The notes under the pieces: generated by a model
Seen by the model: only the letters and a program-made list of their open reading frames with translations
What the model was told of the DNA's origin: nothing
The model's database searches: none
Origin: a virus
DNA: 64,000 bases
Reading direction: 5' to 3' (one strand)
IMG/VR virus record: IMGVR_UViG_3300047476_001426
Location: 32,001 to 96,000 of that record
Made by a program: the position numbers and the translations under genes
Shown here: positions 1 to 10,691 of the stretch, one piece after another
Position numbering within the stretch: position 1 is the first letter of the stretch
How the letters are laid out: the number at the start of each line of letters is the position of its first letter

Positions 1-48
1 AAATAGCATATAACACATTAATAAAATACGAAATATTAATATCAGAAG

Positions 49-1122
49 ATGAATAACAAAGAAAACATAGAAAAACTGTCAGTGGCTTTAGAAAACCTAA
101 CCACTAAGACTAATAACATATACTTTTTGGTATATGACACAAAAAACAATCCAAGAGCTTCGGTTAAACATATCTATGATATGGCATTAACATTGAAACA
201 AAATGGGTATAACGCTAAATTACTTGTTGAGGACAAAACTTACACCGGAGTAAATTCTTGGTTAGGTGATACATACACTGAATTAGAAGTTGTCACCATT
301 AAGGATGACCGTGTTGAAATTAAAATTGAGGACGTAATTGTTGTTCCTGAATATTATTCAAATGTTTTGGAATCCATGGCAAACATAAGATGTGTGAAAG
401 TCATGTTAGTTCAACAAAAAGAATATATATTTGAGACCTTACCAATTGGAAGTAGATGGTCTGATTATGGATTTGATAGAGTAATCACAACTACTGAGTT
501 TTCAAAGAAATACATAGGTGAAATTTTTAACGAATCTTTAGTTCATATAATTCCACCAATCATTAGCGACGAGTTTAAGGTAACTGAAAAAAATACAAAA
601 CCTATTATTGCTATTCTGTGTAAAGATAGGTCAACAAATAAAAGAATTATCTCAGAATTTTATGTTCGTTATCCACATTTAAGATGGTTAACATTTAGAG
701 ACATGGTTAATATGTCCTATCAAGAATTTGCGGATAATTTGAGAGAATGTGTTGTTTCAGTTTGGGTAGATGATGACTCAACCTTTGGTACGTTCCCATT
801 AGAATCCATGAAATCGGGTGTACCTGTTATTGGAAAGATTCCTAAAAACGAACCTGATTGGTTAAGTGAAAATGGTATGTGGACATACGACGATTCAAAA
901 ATTGTTGAAATTCTTGGTACATACATCAATGCATGGTTAGAAGGTGTGGAGATTAATGATGAAGTAAAACAGAAAATGAAAGATACCCTTTTACCATACG
1001 AAACGGAAATCACAAAAAATAACATTTTGAATATTTTCGACTCATTCATTAATAAAAGAATTGAGGCAATCGAAAAGGCATTAAATAAAATAAAAGAAGA
1101 AACAAAAGAAGAAATCGCATGA
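49..1122 (+). CDS. Putative glycosyltransferase (GT-B/GT4-like)
   Basis: 357-aa ORF; C-terminal FGTFPLESMKSGVPVIG resembles the GT-B nucleotide-sugar-binding signature (E-x7-G-x-P-V). Confidence 0.6.
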   Translation: MNNKENIEKLSVALENLTTKTNNIYFLVYDTKNNPRASVKHIYDMALTLKQNGYNAKLLVEDKTYTGVNSWLGDTYTELEVVTIKDDRVEIKIEDVIVVPEYYSNVLESMANIRCVKVMLVQQKEYIFETLPIGSRWSDYGFDRVITTTEFSKKYIGEIFNESLVHIIPPIISDEFKVTEKNTKPIIAILCKDRSTNKRIISEFYVRYPHLRWLTFRDMVNMSYQEFADNLRECVVSVWVDDDSTFGTFPLESMKSGVPVIGKIPKNEPDWLSENGMWTYDDSKIVEILGTYINAWLEGVEINDEVKQKMKDTLLPYETEITKNNILNIFDSFINKRIEAIEKALNKIKEETKEEIA

Positions 1123-1898
1123 AAGACATATCAATAATTTTACCAATCCATAAATGGGATGAGGAATATGAAACAATGTTTAAGAACGCATTTAGTTCGG
1201 TAGAGCAATTTTATAATGACGTTAAATTATTAATTGTTGGACCATCTAATATCGTTTCCAAAATAAAAATAGACGAAACCAATTTAGAATACCACATTAT
1301 CGAAAACACAGGTAATCATGATTTTTGTTCACAAGTAAATTTGGGAATTGAAAAATGTGAAACAGAATGGTTTTCAATTTTGGAGGTTGATGATGAATAT
1401 CACAAAAACTGGTTGACGTTAGTAAATTCATATAGAAAAGAAAACCCAGAAGTTAGTGCGTTTTTGAGTTTAGTTAAAGACATTAACGTCGAGGGTAATT
1501 TCTTAAGTTATACCAACGAAGCAACTTGGGCATACGGATTTACAGATAAACAAGGGTTTTTAGATAATGAAGCTCTTTTAGAATATCAAAATTTCCAAAT
1601 CAATGGTGGTCTTTATAAAACATCGGTTATTACCGAATATGGTAAGTTAAAATCAAACATTAAGTTAACTTTTGGGTATGAATTCTTACTGAGATTAACC
1701 CACAATAATGTTATCGTAATGACTATCCCAAGATTAGGATACCAACACGTCAATTTCAGAGAAGACTCGTTATTTTGGAGTTACAAAAATTCCGATAGTA
1801 TGAAACTATCTCCTGAAGAGGTTAAATTTTGGTTGGATACAGCAAAAAAAGAATTTTTCTTTAAAAATAATAGAGACATAAACTATGTAGAAAATTAA
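1119..1898 (+). CDS. Glycosyltransferase family 2-like protein
   Basis: N-terminal ISIILPIH, NLGIEKCETEWFSILEVDD (GT-A DxD region); overlaps the upstream stop (ATGA). Confidence 0.7.
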   Translation: MKDISIILPIHKWDEEYETMFKNAFSSVEQFYNDVKLLIVGPSNIVSKIKIDETNLEYHIIENTGNHDFCSQVNLGIEKCETEWFSILEVDDEYHKNWLTLVNSYRKENPEVSAFLSLVKDINVEGNFLSYTNEATWAYGFTDKQGFLDNEALLEYQNFQINGGLYKTSVITEYGKLKSNIKLTFGYEFLLRLTHNNVIVMTIPRLGYQHVNFREDSLFWSYKNSDSMKLSPEEVKFWLDTAKKEFFFKNNRDINYVEN

Positions 1899-1900
1899 AT

Positions 1901-2599
1901 ATGCCGCGTAAACGAACCCAAAAAATTTATTTTGGGGAGGAACAAGAACAAGCGGTTGTAAGATATTTAGAATCCGACTCCGATAGCGAAAAGAATAAGA
2001 TATTCAATGAATATTTAAGAGAACCTCTCACAATAATGGTCGAAAGTATTATTCGACGTTATAAATTATATAGAAAAGACTTTGAATTCGTAGATATACA
2101 TGCGGATACGATGTCTTTTCTTATGACTAAGATTAACAAATTCGACCATACAAAAAACCATAAAGCTTATTCTTATTTCGGAACCATTTGTAAAAATTAC
2201 TTAATGGGTGCGATTCAAAAGGATGCTAAGGAAATGAACAGAAATGTGTCCTATGACGACATTTCATCCGATTTAGAAGAGAGTACGGAACATTCTTATT
2301 CTATAGACGAATATCATATTGATTATAAAGATGTGATAATAAAATTCATTATTGAGTTGGAGACGTTTATGGAGGAGGAAGAACTAAACGAAAATGAACA
2401 AAAATTAGGATATGCGTTAATTGAGATTTTTAGCAACTTTGAAAAAATCTTCCAAGTTGGTGAAGGTAATAAATTTAATAAGAACCTGATTTTATTGTCA
2501 TTACGTGAAATGACATCACTTTCAACTAAAGAAATAAGAATATCATTGAAAAGATATAAAAAAGTTTATGAAGGTATCATGATTGGATTCATAAATTAA
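1901..2599 (+). CDS. Phage sigma factor, gp55-like (late transcription)
   Basis: KFDHTKNHKAYSYFGTICKNYL resembles the region-2 motif of T4-like gp55 sigma factors (FDPxK..AYFT). Confidence 0.55.
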   Translation: MPRKRTQKIYFGEEQEQAVVRYLESDSDSEKNKIFNEYLREPLTIMVESIIRRYKLYRKDFEFVDIHADTMSFLMTKINKFDHTKNHKAYSYFGTICKNYLMGAIQKDAKEMNRNVSYDDISSDLEESTEHSYSIDEYHIDYKDVIIKFIIELETFMEEEELNENEQKLGYALIEIFSNFEKIFQVGEGNKFNKNLILLSLREMTSLSTKEIRISLKRYKKVYEGIMIGFIN

Positions 2600-2620
2600 T
2601 AATTTCTCTATTTATATATT

Positions 2621-2995
2621 ATGAGGGAAAAGAAAAACATTATCTCGTTAGATACTGATTCTGCATTAGCATTAATGCAAGAGATTTATAACGATATCGT
2701 TGAACAAAAAAACACCGCATCCATGATAACAAAAAAAATGTTAACATTCATGAAGGATGCTGAGGATATGAGTGTAATTGGTCCCGTCATTAAAGAACAA
2801 CAAAAAATACTAAACGATTGTACTGAAAAAAAGATTTCGTTAGTTAAGTTACAAAGTGCTCTATTAAAACAAACTCAAGGAAGTGGTCCTAACTCAGCTG
2901 GTGGTAAACTACAACTTACAGATGAAGATAGAGTCTTGTTAGAAAAACTGATGAATGATTCAGAAGGTGAATCGTCAGGAATATATAGAGACTAA
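2621..2995 (+). CDS. Hypothetical protein
   Basis: 124-aa ORF preceded by TATTTATA motif; tightly packed operon. Confidence 0.6.
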   Translation: MREKKNIISLDTDSALALMQEIYNDIVEQKNTASMITKKMLTFMKDAEDMSVIGPVIKEQQKILNDCTEKKISLVKLQSALLKQTQGSGPNSAGGKLQLTDEDRVLLEKLMNDSEGESSGIYRD

Positions 2996-4953
2996 TGAGT
3001 AATTCAAAAGAAACGAAAAAAAAACTTCAGGCACAGATTGAGTCAATCAAAAAAATTAACGATGACCCAAAAGGTGCCTCGAACTCTATTGCCGATTTAT
3101 ATCAAAATAATATACCTGACCCAAACGAATTATTTTCTAAAAAAAGTGATGATTTAAAAAATAAATTAAAATCTAAAGTAGAAAATAACAAAGACATCTT
3201 TAAAGATTTATTGGATGTTGCTGAGCAATTTATTACAAGCAACAAAAAGACAAAATCTGATACAACCTCAACTCAAAAAGAAAGTGTTCCTGTAAACGTA
3301 GATAAAAATCTTGTAAAGGGAAAAATAAAAAGATATGCGGTATCTTCTGCTAAGACCACTTTAAAATCAGCAAAACAAATTGCGGTAAAACATTTTTCCG
3401 AAGCTCTTTTTATGGGTGACGGTATTTGTGGTAGTCAATCCGTATTCAACATCGATTCTATTGCTTTAAAACCAGATGAATTTGATTTTTTAGATATATT
3501 CACACTTGACCCCGACTCTGATTGTGGTAATTTGGTTTATGAGAAAAAATCACCTGACAAGAACAAACAAAAAACAAATAGAAAACTCTACGATTTAATG
3601 TCGTCAGGTGGGTTATACACCTACTCATCTAATAATGGTAAAAATCTATTCACATCCCAATGGAGCGCATCAACACAACAATTCCTAATCACAGGTTTGA
3701 CTCAAGGAACCACAGGTGTGACAAAAGTTCAAGATTTTATTCAAGACTATTATGAATCTTTAGAATTCCCCGATATTGAAGAAATCATAAAGACATCCAT
3801 GATGTTAACAATACAAGGTGGGTCAAGTTGTAGTGATTCAAGTAAATTCACAATTTCACTGAATAAATCATTAAGACTTATTGATAAATTATTCAAAGTT
3901 TGTGGTTCAAGCACTCAAAAAGATGAATTAAAAAATCAAACTCCGGTTGATATGTTCAGTGAAAACGACCAAGATATTGAGTTTTATTTTGATTTCGACG
4001 ACGTGGAGGGTATTGATTTAGATGACGAACAAAACAGATTTAGAAGAGTATTAAAATTCAAAGATTGTTACAATTTTGAGGTTCCTGTTGATGATATGCA
4101 CATTGAAGATTTTATTTATTTAACTAACAATAAAAATATCGAACAGGCGGTTGATGATACTTTAGAAAATGTATCTAAAGATGCCTTATCAAAATCAGAT
4201 TCCTCATTTGATATTAGTGCGTTTTTAAATAATTTATTAAACAACTTCATTTTAAATCTACCGAAAGCTTTGGTAATGTCCATACTATCAGCCAAAATAT
4301 TTTTACCAATAATAATTTTATATAAAATATTTAAAACAGGTTTAACTAATGTCTATTTGAATAGTAAAGAACTGGCTAAGAAATTCTATAAAGCTTTGGG
4401 TAATATTATAAAAGATTTATTTTGGTTATTCATCAGAGAATTTTGGAAATTAATTAAAATTGATGTTTTATCATTTGTACAAACAATTGTACAAAGAATT
4501 ATTAAAAACAAATACAAAAGATACCTCCTAATCATAACATCATTAATAGTCTTATTAAAGAAATTATTACAAAATGAGATAAACAATTGTTACGATTTAT
4601 TCCAAACAATTTTATCGACTATAAACGCGGCACTTTCTCAAAGGGCACCAATAACAGTCCCTTCTATATTACTATTGTTTTCAGAATCCCTTCCAGGTTT
4701 TAGTCAAGATAGGGCGTTTATGAATGTGATGAATAAATTAGAAGCTTCAGGAGTACCAACAGGTCCACTTTATGGTGAATCAAATGACATTGGTAATTTG
4801 GTAAAATCCGTAATCGATGGATATACAGAAGAAAAAGATGCAAATGCGTTTGTAAAAATTGTATTAAAAGGTGGGGTTTTACCGGGACCACCATTAGCGG
4901 GAGGTGCGGTAATTCCACCGGGTTTAATATCAGGTGTAGGTAAAGAATTTTAA
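2995..4953 (+). CDS. Hypothetical protein, probably virion/baseplate-associated
   Basis: 652-aa ORF coupled to neighbours upstream of the gp5-like gene. Confidence 0.5.
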   Translation: MSNSKETKKKLQAQIESIKKINDDPKGASNSIADLYQNNIPDPNELFSKKSDDLKNKLKSKVENNKDIFKDLLDVAEQFITSNKKTKSDTTSTQKESVPVNVDKNLVKGKIKRYAVSSAKTTLKSAKQIAVKHFSEALFMGDGICGSQSVFNIDSIALKPDEFDFLDIFTLDPDSDCGNLVYEKKSPDKNKQKTNRKLYDLMSSGGLYTYSSNNGKNLFTSQWSASTQQFLITGLTQGTTGVTKVQDFIQDYYESLEFPDIEEIIKTSMMLTIQGGSSCSDSSKFTISLNKSLRLIDKLFKVCGSSTQKDELKNQTPVDMFSENDQDIEFYFDFDDVEGIDLDDEQNRFRRVLKFKDCYNFEVPVDDMHIEDFIYLTNNKNIEQAVDDTLENVSKDALSKSDSSFDISAFLNNLLNNFILNLPKALVMSILSAKIFLPIIILYKIFKTGLTNVYLNSKELAKKFYKALGNIIKDLFWLFIREFWKLIKIDVLSFVQTIVQRIIKNKYKRYLLIITSLIVLLKKLLQNEINNCYDLFQTILSTINAALSQRAPITVPSILLLFSESLPGFSQDRAFMNVMNKLEASGVPTGPLYGESNDIGNLVKSVIDGYTEEKDANAFVKIVLKGGVLPGPPLAGGAVIPPGLISGVGKEF

Positions 4954-4954
4954 A

Positions 4955-5152
4955 ATGGAATCAAATAGACTTAAAAATATTATAGAGAACGCTAAAGACA
5001 AATCAAATAAAGATTTATTTGAGGCGGAAGAATTTTTGTTTAAACAACACGAAGAACTTAAAACACACATAATTGATTTGACTCGTAAATTGGAATCTAT
5101 TGAAAATTTACATCAAGTAATAATTACTGAAATTGAAAATAGGAAAGTATAA
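4955..5152 (+). CDS. Small coiled-coil hypothetical protein
   Basis: 65-aa ORF with translational coupling on both sides. Confidence 0.55.
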   Translation: MESNRLKNIIENAKDKSNKDLFEAEEFLFKQHEELKTHIIDLTRKLESIENLHQVIITEIENRKV

Positions 5153-6711
5153 TGAAAATAATTGATTTAGGTGTTTGTATTGATAATAATGACCCAAAAG
5201 GATTAGGTAGAATTCGTGTGGTTGATTATGATGATTATATTGGTGGTAAATCTAATATAAAAGAAAACATACAACACTGGAGTAAAGATGACCCCTTTTT
5301 AGCTTCCCCATTTTTACCAAATAACATAAACTTTATTCCCGAACTTAAACAGGCGGTAAAAATAATCCGTTATGATACCGAAAAAACTACGGTAAACCAA
5401 GAATATATTGCGGGCCCGTTTTCAACTAGATATGATTTTAATTCTCAAGAATTTAACACACAAATATCTCAAACATCTTATGGGGTTTCGGTTGAAGATA
5501 AGGTTGATATAATAAAAAATGAACAAGGAAATTTACCCGAAAATTGTAAAGATGCCTTGTCAAAATATAAAGACTATTCTGTTGGAGGTAAATATGGGTC
5601 AGATGCTATTTTTACTCAGGACGGTTTAGTATTGAGGGGTGGTAAACTCGTTCAAAAAGATGTCACAAGTAATCAAAATAGAGAACTATTAACCAAAGGG
5701 TTCCCAATTGCTTCCGATAAAGTTGCTAAACTTCATTTGAAAAAATTTGGTCCTAAACAGTTTATTTCTGAAGAAACAAAAACAGAAGACATAACAGAAA
5801 ACTCAAATCTTAAATTTATCATTGAGTATGATATTAATGATTTAAGTAATCCTAATTATGTCAATTTTTATGTTTACCAAATAAAACCAAATGTTTCTAA
5901 AAAATATAACTCAAGTAATTTCACTGAATCAACACAAACCGTATCAGGGGAAACAATTTTTTTAACCGAATCGGGTAACACATATACTTTTAGAAGTGAC
6001 TTAAACTCAATTACAGATTATAGTGGTTCTACATTAACAAAGAAAGTTCAATTAATCTATCAAGAAATTAGAAATAAATTAAGTACAATTCAGAGTAATG
6101 GGTTCACAGGTATAGTATCGTTTAAAATTTTAACCGACCTAATAGTCACACAAAGTGATTCAAACGTGTATCCATTCTTCTTTAGACCCACAGATGAGTT
6201 TCAAAATCGAACTGTAACAACAACAGAAAGTGATAATAGATTAAAAATATTTAATAACGTTAAACTACCTGGCTCCACTTCAAAATCTAGCTTAGTCTAT
6301 AGTAAAGATAAGGTGAACCCCAACACAAGACGGGTTGAGAAATCTGTAAAAGTTTTAAAAAATGACAGTACATCGGTGGAACAAACTTTTGGGAATGTTA
6401 CCGCGGATAAAATTTTCCTTTTGTCAACAGATACAAATTTCACAGACAAAAAGATAGATTTCCCAACACTTAATTCATATGAATATGAACAATCTGATTA
6501 CATCGAAAAAATAGACCCAAATACCTATTCATTAGTTAGGGGGGAAATTTTATTGGATTTTATAGATGCCATGTACAATGTGCTCACAACACATGTACAC
6601 AATATCAACAAACCATATGTTAAATCGGATTACGACGCTCACACCAAATTGGATTTATTATACAACAAATTAAGAGATGAATTGATAAATAAATCAATTA
6701 AAATCAACTAA
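5152..6711 (+). CDS. Baseplate hub/central spike protein, gp5/VgrG-like
   Basis: N-terminal GVCIDNNDPKGLGRIRV (gp5 OB-fold signature) and C-terminal THVH (HxH metal-binding spike-tip motif). Confidence 0.6.
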   Translation: MKIIDLGVCIDNNDPKGLGRIRVVDYDDYIGGKSNIKENIQHWSKDDPFLASPFLPNNINFIPELKQAVKIIRYDTEKTTVNQEYIAGPFSTRYDFNSQEFNTQISQTSYGVSVEDKVDIIKNEQGNLPENCKDALSKYKDYSVGGKYGSDAIFTQDGLVLRGGKLVQKDVTSNQNRELLTKGFPIASDKVAKLHLKKFGPKQFISEETKTEDITENSNLKFIIEYDINDLSNPNYVNFYVYQIKPNVSKKYNSSNFTESTQTVSGETIFLTESGNTYTFRSDLNSITDYSGSTLTKKVQLIYQEIRNKLSTIQSNGFTGIVSFKILTDLIVTQSDSNVYPFFFRPTDEFQNRTVTTTESDNRLKIFNNVKLPGSTSKSSLVYSKDKVNPNTRRVEKSVKVLKNDSTSVEQTFGNVTADKIFLLSTDTNFTDKKIDFPTLNSYEYEQSDYIEKIDPNTYSLVRGEILLDFIDAMYNVLTTHVHNINKPYVKSDYDAHTKLDLLYNKLRDELINKSIKIN

Positions 6712-6735
6712 AATGATATTTATACTATAAAAGGA

Positions 6736-8109
6736 ATGTCATACTATCGCTCATATTTTTCTAAAAACAATACTATAATTGAAAATAGTAGGGTCAACAC
6801 CGCAAAAAATCCAACAACTGAGATTTATTATGGCGATGGATATTCAAGATATATTTTTAAAGTTGATTTTACTGATTTACAATCCAAAGTGACTAATGGT
6901 GATTTAGTAATCACATCAGGAACGACACACTACCTGAAAATGACTAATACGGTAACCGGTGACCCTAAATTGGTAGGAGACGGTAAATCTAACGGAAAAT
7001 ACCGTGCCACGTCATTTGATTTAATTCTTTTTACGATACCACAATCATGGGATGAGGGTGTTGGTTATGATTATGAGTTCACCACTTATGATGATAATTT
7101 GGGTAATAAATTATACGATACCCGAGCGTCAAATTGGTATGATAGAACAACAACATCAGGTTGGACATATCCGGGAATTTACACAGGCGCAACAATACTA
7201 CAAACAATACATTTTGATAATGGTAATGAAGACATCAATGTAAACATCACCAACTATGTTAATGGTATTATTGTTTCAGGTAACACAGACCATGGATTAG
7301 GTTTAGCATTTACATCTGCTTTTGAAACAATTACCACGGGAGAGACTCAACAATCAGTTGCGTTTTTCTCAAAATACACACAAACTTTTTTTGAACCATT
7401 CGTTGAATCTGTATTTGATGATAGAATAGACGATAATAGACATAATTTCATTGAAGAAAGATATAATAATTTATACCTGTATGTCACTAAGGGTTCCAAT
7501 TTTTATAATTTAGATAGTAACCCTACGGTTGATATTTTAAACTCAAGTAGTGTTGCAATTTCGGGTTTGACAGGTCTGACTACCACAAGGATTAAAAAAG
7601 GTGTCTATAAAGTTAGATTTGGTTTGACAGGTCAGTTATGTGACGGTAAAAGATTCTTTTATGATAAATGGAAAGGATTATCTTTAGATGGTATATCAAT
7701 AAGTAATGTGACTCAGAAATTTGTACCCAAACCGTTCACATCGGGATACAGTATTGGTGCAAATCCAACAGAAACACAAAACTATAAAATTCAATTCTCT
7801 GGCATAAAACAAAATGAAAAAATTATCAGAGGTGAATTGAAAAAGATTGTACTTTATTTAAAATCAATTGAACAATCACGAACCATATTATTTGATGATG
7901 TTTACTATAGAATTTTCATAAAGGAAGGAAAAACAAATGTAATAATCTATGATTGGACTAAGACCGATGTCACCAATGAAAATTCATTTTATTTGGACAC
8001 ATCTTATTTGATACCGAGAGAATATTTTATTGAATTTAAAGCTAAAACATACACAGAAGAAATATTTTATAATGACTATATAAAGTTTGAAATATTATCT
8101 GAAATATAA
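6736..8109 (+). CDS. Putative virion structural protein
   Basis: 457-aa beta-rich, Thr/Gly-rich ORF preceded by TATTTATA. Confidence 0.5.
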   Translation: MSYYRSYFSKNNTIIENSRVNTAKNPTTEIYYGDGYSRYIFKVDFTDLQSKVTNGDLVITSGTTHYLKMTNTVTGDPKLVGDGKSNGKYRATSFDLILFTIPQSWDEGVGYDYEFTTYDDNLGNKLYDTRASNWYDRTTTSGWTYPGIYTGATILQTIHFDNGNEDINVNITNYVNGIIVSGNTDHGLGLAFTSAFETITTGETQQSVAFFSKYTQTFFEPFVESVFDDRIDDNRHNFIEERYNNLYLYVTKGSNFYNLDSNPTVDILNSSSVAISGLTGLTTTRIKKGVYKVRFGLTGQLCDGKRFFYDKWKGLSLDGISISNVTQKFVPKPFTSGYSIGANPTETQNYKIQFSGIKQNEKIIRGELKKIVLYLKSIEQSRTILFDDVYYRIFIKEGKTNVIIYDWTKTDVTNENSFYLDTSYLIPREYFIEFKAKTYTEEIFYNDYIKFEILSEI

Positions 8110-8123
8110 AAATATTTATTATT

Positions 8124-8585
8124 ATGAATAATTTAGATGGAATCATCAAAAAACACCTGAAGACACTAACTGAGGGTCAAATGCCACAAGAAAACTACAT
8201 GTTCTTTGGTAATATCGAACAAATGAAGAGACAATGTGAGTTGTTGATGCAAGAAGATAAAAATCAAATCGATTCAATTCTTAAACAACACGATTGGGCG
8301 CAAGACCACATTGCTGAAGCTAAGAGTTTATTGGACCAAGTATTTGATTTTCTGATGAATCAAACCAAAGGTGATGACCAAGAAAATAATGTCGATGATG
8401 ACCTTTTGAATGAAGAATATCAAATAGACGAAAGTAAAAATTGTCCTACTGACCCCGCTAAATGGTCAGCATCAAAATCAGCTGCTAAAGCTAAATTTGA
8501 TGTATACCCAAGTGCATATGCAAATGGTTGGGCGGCAAAGAATTATAAATCTAAAGGCGGTAGATGGAAAAAATGTAAAAAATAA
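8124..8585 (+). CDS. Hypothetical phage protein with basic C-terminal module
   Basis: 153-aa ORF; acidic N-terminal part then KWSASKSAAKAKFDVYPSAYANGW basic module. Confidence 0.6.
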   Translation: MNNLDGIIKKHLKTLTEGQMPQENYMFFGNIEQMKRQCELLMQEDKNQIDSILKQHDWAQDHIAEAKSLLDQVFDFLMNQTKGDDQENNVDDDLLNEEYQIDESKNCPTDPAKWSASKSAAKAKFDVYPSAYANGWAAKNYKSKGGRWKKCKK

Positions 8586-8588
8586 CCC

Positions 8589-9560
8589 ATGAAAATTACA
8601 GTCAACGAAGAGGATAAAAAATACATCCAAGAATGTCTTGAATCAGGTGAGGTTTTAAAAGAAGACCTTAGAAGATGGTTCAAAGAAAAATGGGTGGACG
8701 TAAGTCGTAAGGTTGACGGTAAACACCCACCTTGTGGTAGAAAAGATGCTGATGGTAAGGCATATCCAAAATGTAGGCCATCTAAAAAAGTTTCCAAAGA
8801 AACACCCAAAGTCGCTTCTTCATATGATAAAAAAGAAAAGAAAGCAATGACACAACAAAAAAGGAGGGCTGAAAAGAAAGACCCAAAAATTGGTAAGGGT
8901 AACGCCCCGACATTTACAAGATTTGATGAAAATATGATTAAGAACATAACAATAAACGTAGATGAAATAATTGATACATACAATCCACCTAAATTATGGT
9001 TAGTATCTGAATCAACCAACTTATTAAGTGAAGGTTTAAAGTATCATATTGAAAAAGAAAAACCGTTAATTGAAAATATATACAGAATTTATTCTGAAAA
9101 CTTTTTTAGTTTATTTAACGAATCAAGAGATTTATATAACAAAGGTGTTCTCGTACTTGACGGTGATGACTTAGAATTAGTCAAGACTGATATTGGTTTA
9201 ACGGGTATCTATGAAGGTGAGGAGGTTTATTTAGATATTCCTTTCATCTTAAATGAAGAAGAATATCTTGTTGAGGCTAAACATAGAGGTAAAAACGTAA
9301 AATTAAATAGACCATTTAGAACTTCGGGTGGACCTAAAAAATTCGCGGTATACGTTAAAAACAACAGTGGTAATATTGTTAAAGTAACTTTCGGTGACCC
9401 AAATCTTAGAGTCAGAAACAATAATAGAGCAGCGGCAAAATCTTTTAGAGCACGTCACAAATGTGACCAAAAGAAAGATAGAACAACGGCTGGATATTGG
9501 AGTTGTAACATCTCAAGATATAGAAAGGCTCTCGGTATCAAATCATCAAACCCTTGGTAA
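8589..9560 (+). CDS. Hypothetical phage protein with two basic Cys-containing modules
   Basis: 323-aa ORF; LRRWFKEKWVD..CGR..YPKCRP and KSFRARHKC..AGYWSC modules typical of large-phage proteins. Confidence 0.6.
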   Translation: MKITVNEEDKKYIQECLESGEVLKEDLRRWFKEKWVDVSRKVDGKHPPCGRKDADGKAYPKCRPSKKVSKETPKVASSYDKKEKKAMTQQKRRAEKKDPKIGKGNAPTFTRFDENMIKNITINVDEIIDTYNPPKLWLVSESTNLLSEGLKYHIEKEKPLIENIYRIYSENFFSLFNESRDLYNKGVLVLDGDDLELVKTDIGLTGIYEGEEVYLDIPFILNEEEYLVEAKHRGKNVKLNRPFRTSGGPKKFAVYVKNNSGNIVKVTFGDPNLRVRNNNRAAAKSFRARHKCDQKKDRTTAGYWSCNISRYRKALGIKSSNPW

Positions 9561-9856
9561 TGGATTTCCCATTCAAAGAAGAATTAAAAGAAGGATTTCA
9601 TGTTAGAACATTCACCTCAGATTTAACTGAGATGGAATTGAAGTGGCATTTTGACGAAGAAGATAGGATTGTTATTTGTGAACATGAAACTGATTGGATG
9701 TTTCAAATGGATGATGAATTACCCACACAAATTAAAAAAAATACCCCCATTTTTATACATGAGGGTACTTATCATAGACTTATTAAAGGAACGGGTAACT
9801 TAATTATTAAAGTTAAAAAACTTAATAATAATACACCTGAACACCACACTCATTGA
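9560..9856 (+). CDS. Small cupin-like hypothetical protein
   Basis: ATG overlaps the upstream TAA (TAATG); WHFD...HEGTYHRLIKG cupin-like His pattern. Confidence 0.5.
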   Translation: MDFPFKEELKEGFHVRTFTSDLTEMELKWHFDEEDRIVICEHETDWMFQMDDELPTQIKKNTPIFIHEGTYHRLIKGTGNLIIKVKKLNNNTPEHHTH

Positions 9857-10262
9857 GAAGTTGTTGACTTTTCATCTGTGATTCCACCCATTTCTCTTTG
9901 TTTTTAGTGGTACACTCTGTTTTACACCAAACCACTTTAATTCCCGAATTAACAATACCTCTAGCACAATCCATACACGGTAATCCCGAAGTAAGGTATA
10001 TTGTGGAATTTTTCAGAGAAACACCAATACGTGCGGCGTTATAGATTGCATTACGTTCAGCGTGTTCAAACCAAAAGTATTTCTCAGGTCTTTCCTGACG
10101 TTCTTCTTTAGTATCGTCTAATCCCCTCGGGAATGAATTATAACCCGTAGAAAGTACCTCATTATCAATACCAACGATTACCGCACCAATCTGTGTAGAT
10201 TTATCTTTTGATTTAAGTTTTACTTGTTCTGCAATGTTTAAAAAATATTCTGTCCAGTTCAT
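9822..10262 (-). CDS. dCMP deaminase
   Basis: HAERNA and PCMDC zinc-binding motifs of the cytidine/dCMP deaminase family. Confidence 0.9.
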   Translation of the reverse strand: MNWTEYFLNIAEQVKLKSKDKSTQIGAVIVGIDNEVLSTGYNSFPRGLDDTKEERQERPEKYFWFEHAERNAIYNAARIGVSLKNSTIYLTSGLPCMDCARGIVNSGIKVVWCKTECTTKNKEKWVESQMKSQQLLNECGVQVYYY

Positions 10263-10612
10263 ATTAGTTTTTGATTTGAAATATAATGAATTCTATTGTT
10301 AGAGTAAATTGACATACTTTGAGCAATACCTTTTTCAACCAATTTACCCATTTCCCTACAACTATTTGAATCTCTTGTATCAATACCAACAATAAACTTA
10401 CCATCTGATTGTTTTTGATATGTTACAGGTCTGATATATTTTTCATTATCATCCATGATAAGATATTTTATCATTTCTTCTTTGGTTTGTTTACATTCAA
10501 TATTTCTAGTATCAACCAAATTCTTTAAAACATCTAACCGTAATTTATTATAGTCAATTGGTTCATCGGATTTTAAACTATTTGCAATTTGTTTTTTAGT
10601 CATTTTACCCAT
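10259..10612 (-). CDS. Hypothetical protein
   Basis: 117-aa ORF coupled to the dCMP deaminase gene. Confidence 0.55.
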   Translation of the reverse strand: MGKMTKKQIANSLKSDEPIDYNKLRLDVLKNLVDTRNIECKQTKEEMIKYLIMDDNEKYIRPVTYQKQSDGKFIVGIDTRDSNSCREMGKLVEKGIAQSMSIYSNNRIHYISNQKLI

Positions 10613-10644
10613 AGAATATAAATATAATTAAAATATTTGGCAAT

Positions 10645-10673
10645 AAAAAAGGGGGACTAATGTCCCCCTTTCT
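10645..10673 (-). terminator. Intrinsic terminator after the major capsid gene
   Basis: AAAGGGGGAC-TAAT-GTCCCCCTTT hairpin with a U-tract on the minus strand. Confidence 0.85.
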
Positions 10674-10691
10674 ATTATGAGATTGAAATGA